Positions 62,155 to 64,000 of a stretch of DNA of 64,000 nucleotides are shown in pieces (the stretch's first letter is position 1; each line of letters opens with the position of its first letter). The notes beneath the pieces were generated by a model. The model had not been told where the DNA came from, did not search any database, and saw only the letters and a program-made list of their open reading frames with translations. A program made the translations under genes and the position numbers. Source of the stretch: Octopus sinensis (lineage: Eukaryota); assembly GCF_006345805.1 (NCBI RefSeq), contig NC_043022.1:15376001-15440000 (forward strand). The letters run 5' to 3'.

Positions 62155-64000
62155 ATCATCATCATCATCATCATCATCATTTAGCGTCCGTTTTCCATGC
62201 TAGCATGGGTTGGACGGTTCTACTGGGGTCTGTGAAGCCAGAAGGCTTCATCAGGCCCAGTCAAATCTGGCAGTGTTTCTACGGCTGGATGCCCTTCCTA
62301 ACGCCAACCACTCCGTGAGTGTAGTGGGTGCTTTTTACGTGCCACCCGCACTGGTGCCAGACAGAGCTGGCAAACGGCCACGAACGGATGGTGCTTTTTA
62401 TGTGCCACCGGCACGAGGGCCAGGCGAGGCTGGCAACGGACACGAAACGGGGCGGTGCTGGCAACGGTCGCGAAACGGAAAGTTCTCTTACATGCCACCG
62501 GCACTGGTAACACATCTGCAATTTCCATTGATCGATTTCGATTCTGATCCTCACTTGCCTCAATGGGTCTTCACAAGCAGAGTTTCGACATGCCACCGGC
62601 ACTGGTAGCACATCCGCAATTTCCATTGATCGATTTCGATTCTGATCCTCACTTGCCTCAACACGTCTTCACAAGTAGAGTTTTGTGTCCCAAGAAGGGA
62701 AGGTATGCATACGTAGGCTGGCTCCATCCCATGTAGAAGGCCACGGGTTGTGGACTCACTTGTCCTGCCGGGTCTTCTCGCGCACAGCACACTTCCAGAG
62801 GTCTCGGTCTCTAGTCATTTCCTCAGTGAGACCTAAAGTTCGAAGGTCGTGCTTCACCACCTCGTCCCAGGTTTTCCTGGGTCTGCCTCTTCCACAGGTT
62901 CCCTCAACCGCTAGGGTGTGGCACTTTTTCACACACAACTATCTTCATCCATTCTCGCCACATGACCATACCAGCGCAAACGTCTCTCTTGCACACCACA
63001 ACTGATGCTTCTTAGGTCCAGCTTTTCTCTCAAGGTACTTACACTCTGCCGAGTGTGAGTACCGGCATTACACATCCATCGGAGCATACTGGCTTCATTT
63101 CTAGCGAGCTTACGCATATCCTCAGCAGTCACGGCCCATGTTTCACTGCCATGTAGCATGGCTGTTCGTACACACGCATCATACAGTCTGCCTTTCACTC
63201 TGTGCGAGAGGCCTTTTGTCACCAGCAGAGGTAAGAGCTCTCTGAACTTTGCCCAAGCTATTCTTACTCTAGCAGTTACACTTTCAGCACACCACCCCCG
63301 CTGCTGACTTGGTCACCTAGGTAACGGAAACTATCAACTATTTCTAGTTTTTCTCCCTGGAAAGTGACGGAAGTTGGTCTCAGAGCATTTTCAGTGTTTA
63401 TTGTTCCTGAGCATCTGCCACATACAAAAACCATCTTCCTAGTTAGCCTTCCTTTGACATTGCTGCATCTCTTATGTGTCCATAGCTTACACTTGGTGCA
63501 TCTTATAGAGTTTCTACCTACACCTTTTCTACAGATCGAGCAGGGCCATCTACCTGAAGTGTTTGTGATTTGTCTACCTTCCTACTGATTACGACTTTGG
63601 TTTTAGCTAGATTGACTCTGAGGCCCTTCGATTCTAATCCTTGTTTCAACACCAAAACTCTCCTCCAGTTCTGATAGCGACTCAGCAATTAGAGCAAGGT
63701 CATCAGCATAGAGGAGCTCCCAAGGGCATCCTGTCTTGAATTCCTCCGTTATTGCCTGGAGGACTATGATAAATAGGAGGGGGCTGAGTACTGAGCCTTG
63801 GTGGACCCCTACCTCTACCCGGAATTCTTCACTGTACTCATTTCCAACCCTCACCCTACTAGCGGCGTCCCTATACATGGCCCGCACAGCTCTCACTAAC
63901 CATTCATCTATCCCTAGTTTTCTCATTGCCCACCAGATAAGGGATCGGGGGACCCTGTCGAAGGCTTTCTCCATGTCAACAAAAGCCAGGTACAGGGGCT
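62155..64000 (-). mobile_element. RTE-like LINE, 3' part (RT domains, internal PHD-like finger, C-terminal region, long 3' UTR, GAT-repeat tail); frameshifted
   Basis: EKAFDRVP, GVHQGSVLSPLLF, LLYADDL, FRYLG, LHGSETW and GRGRPRKTW occur across several frames; the element ends in (GAT)n. It runs off the window end. Confidence 0.9.

Overview
Eukaryotic, repeat-dense genomic DNA. The SINE, MITE and microsatellite landscape looks like an octopus (coleoid cephalopod) scaffold; the species cannot be fixed from sequence alone. There is a 100-N gap at 3164-3263. Two head-to-head protein-coding genes are supported. (1) On the minus strand, a single-coding-exon 518-aa ORF (6514-4958) has an SLX4IP-like N-terminal domain and a C-terminal domain resembling the PWWP3A/MUM1 C-terminus. 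(2) On the plus strand, a 7-exon HIRIP3-like histone-chaperone gene (16729-54864) has a 2769-nt CDS encoding 922 aa, with all splice phases consistent, a 22.4-kb first intron and a 2-kb third exon. The rest is mostly tRNA-derived SINEs, 5'-truncated RTE-like LINE ends, RTE, Tx1/L1 and RLE-type LINE fragments, Tc1/mariner fragments, hAT-, piggyBac- and mariner-type MITEs, non-autonomous Helitrons and microsatellites. The most unusual observations are three distinct minimal type-I hammerhead-ribozyme-like motifs of the Penelope-like (PLE) kind. One is fused behind a tRNA-type Pol III head (28745-29095) and one lies inside a perfect 331-bp palindrome in a HIRIP3 intron. Also notable are SINE concatemers with a recurrent junction, a PHD finger inside a LINE reverse transcriptase, and a possible CHZ-less HIRIP3 isoform. 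Protein family calls come from remembered motif similarity, not from database searches.
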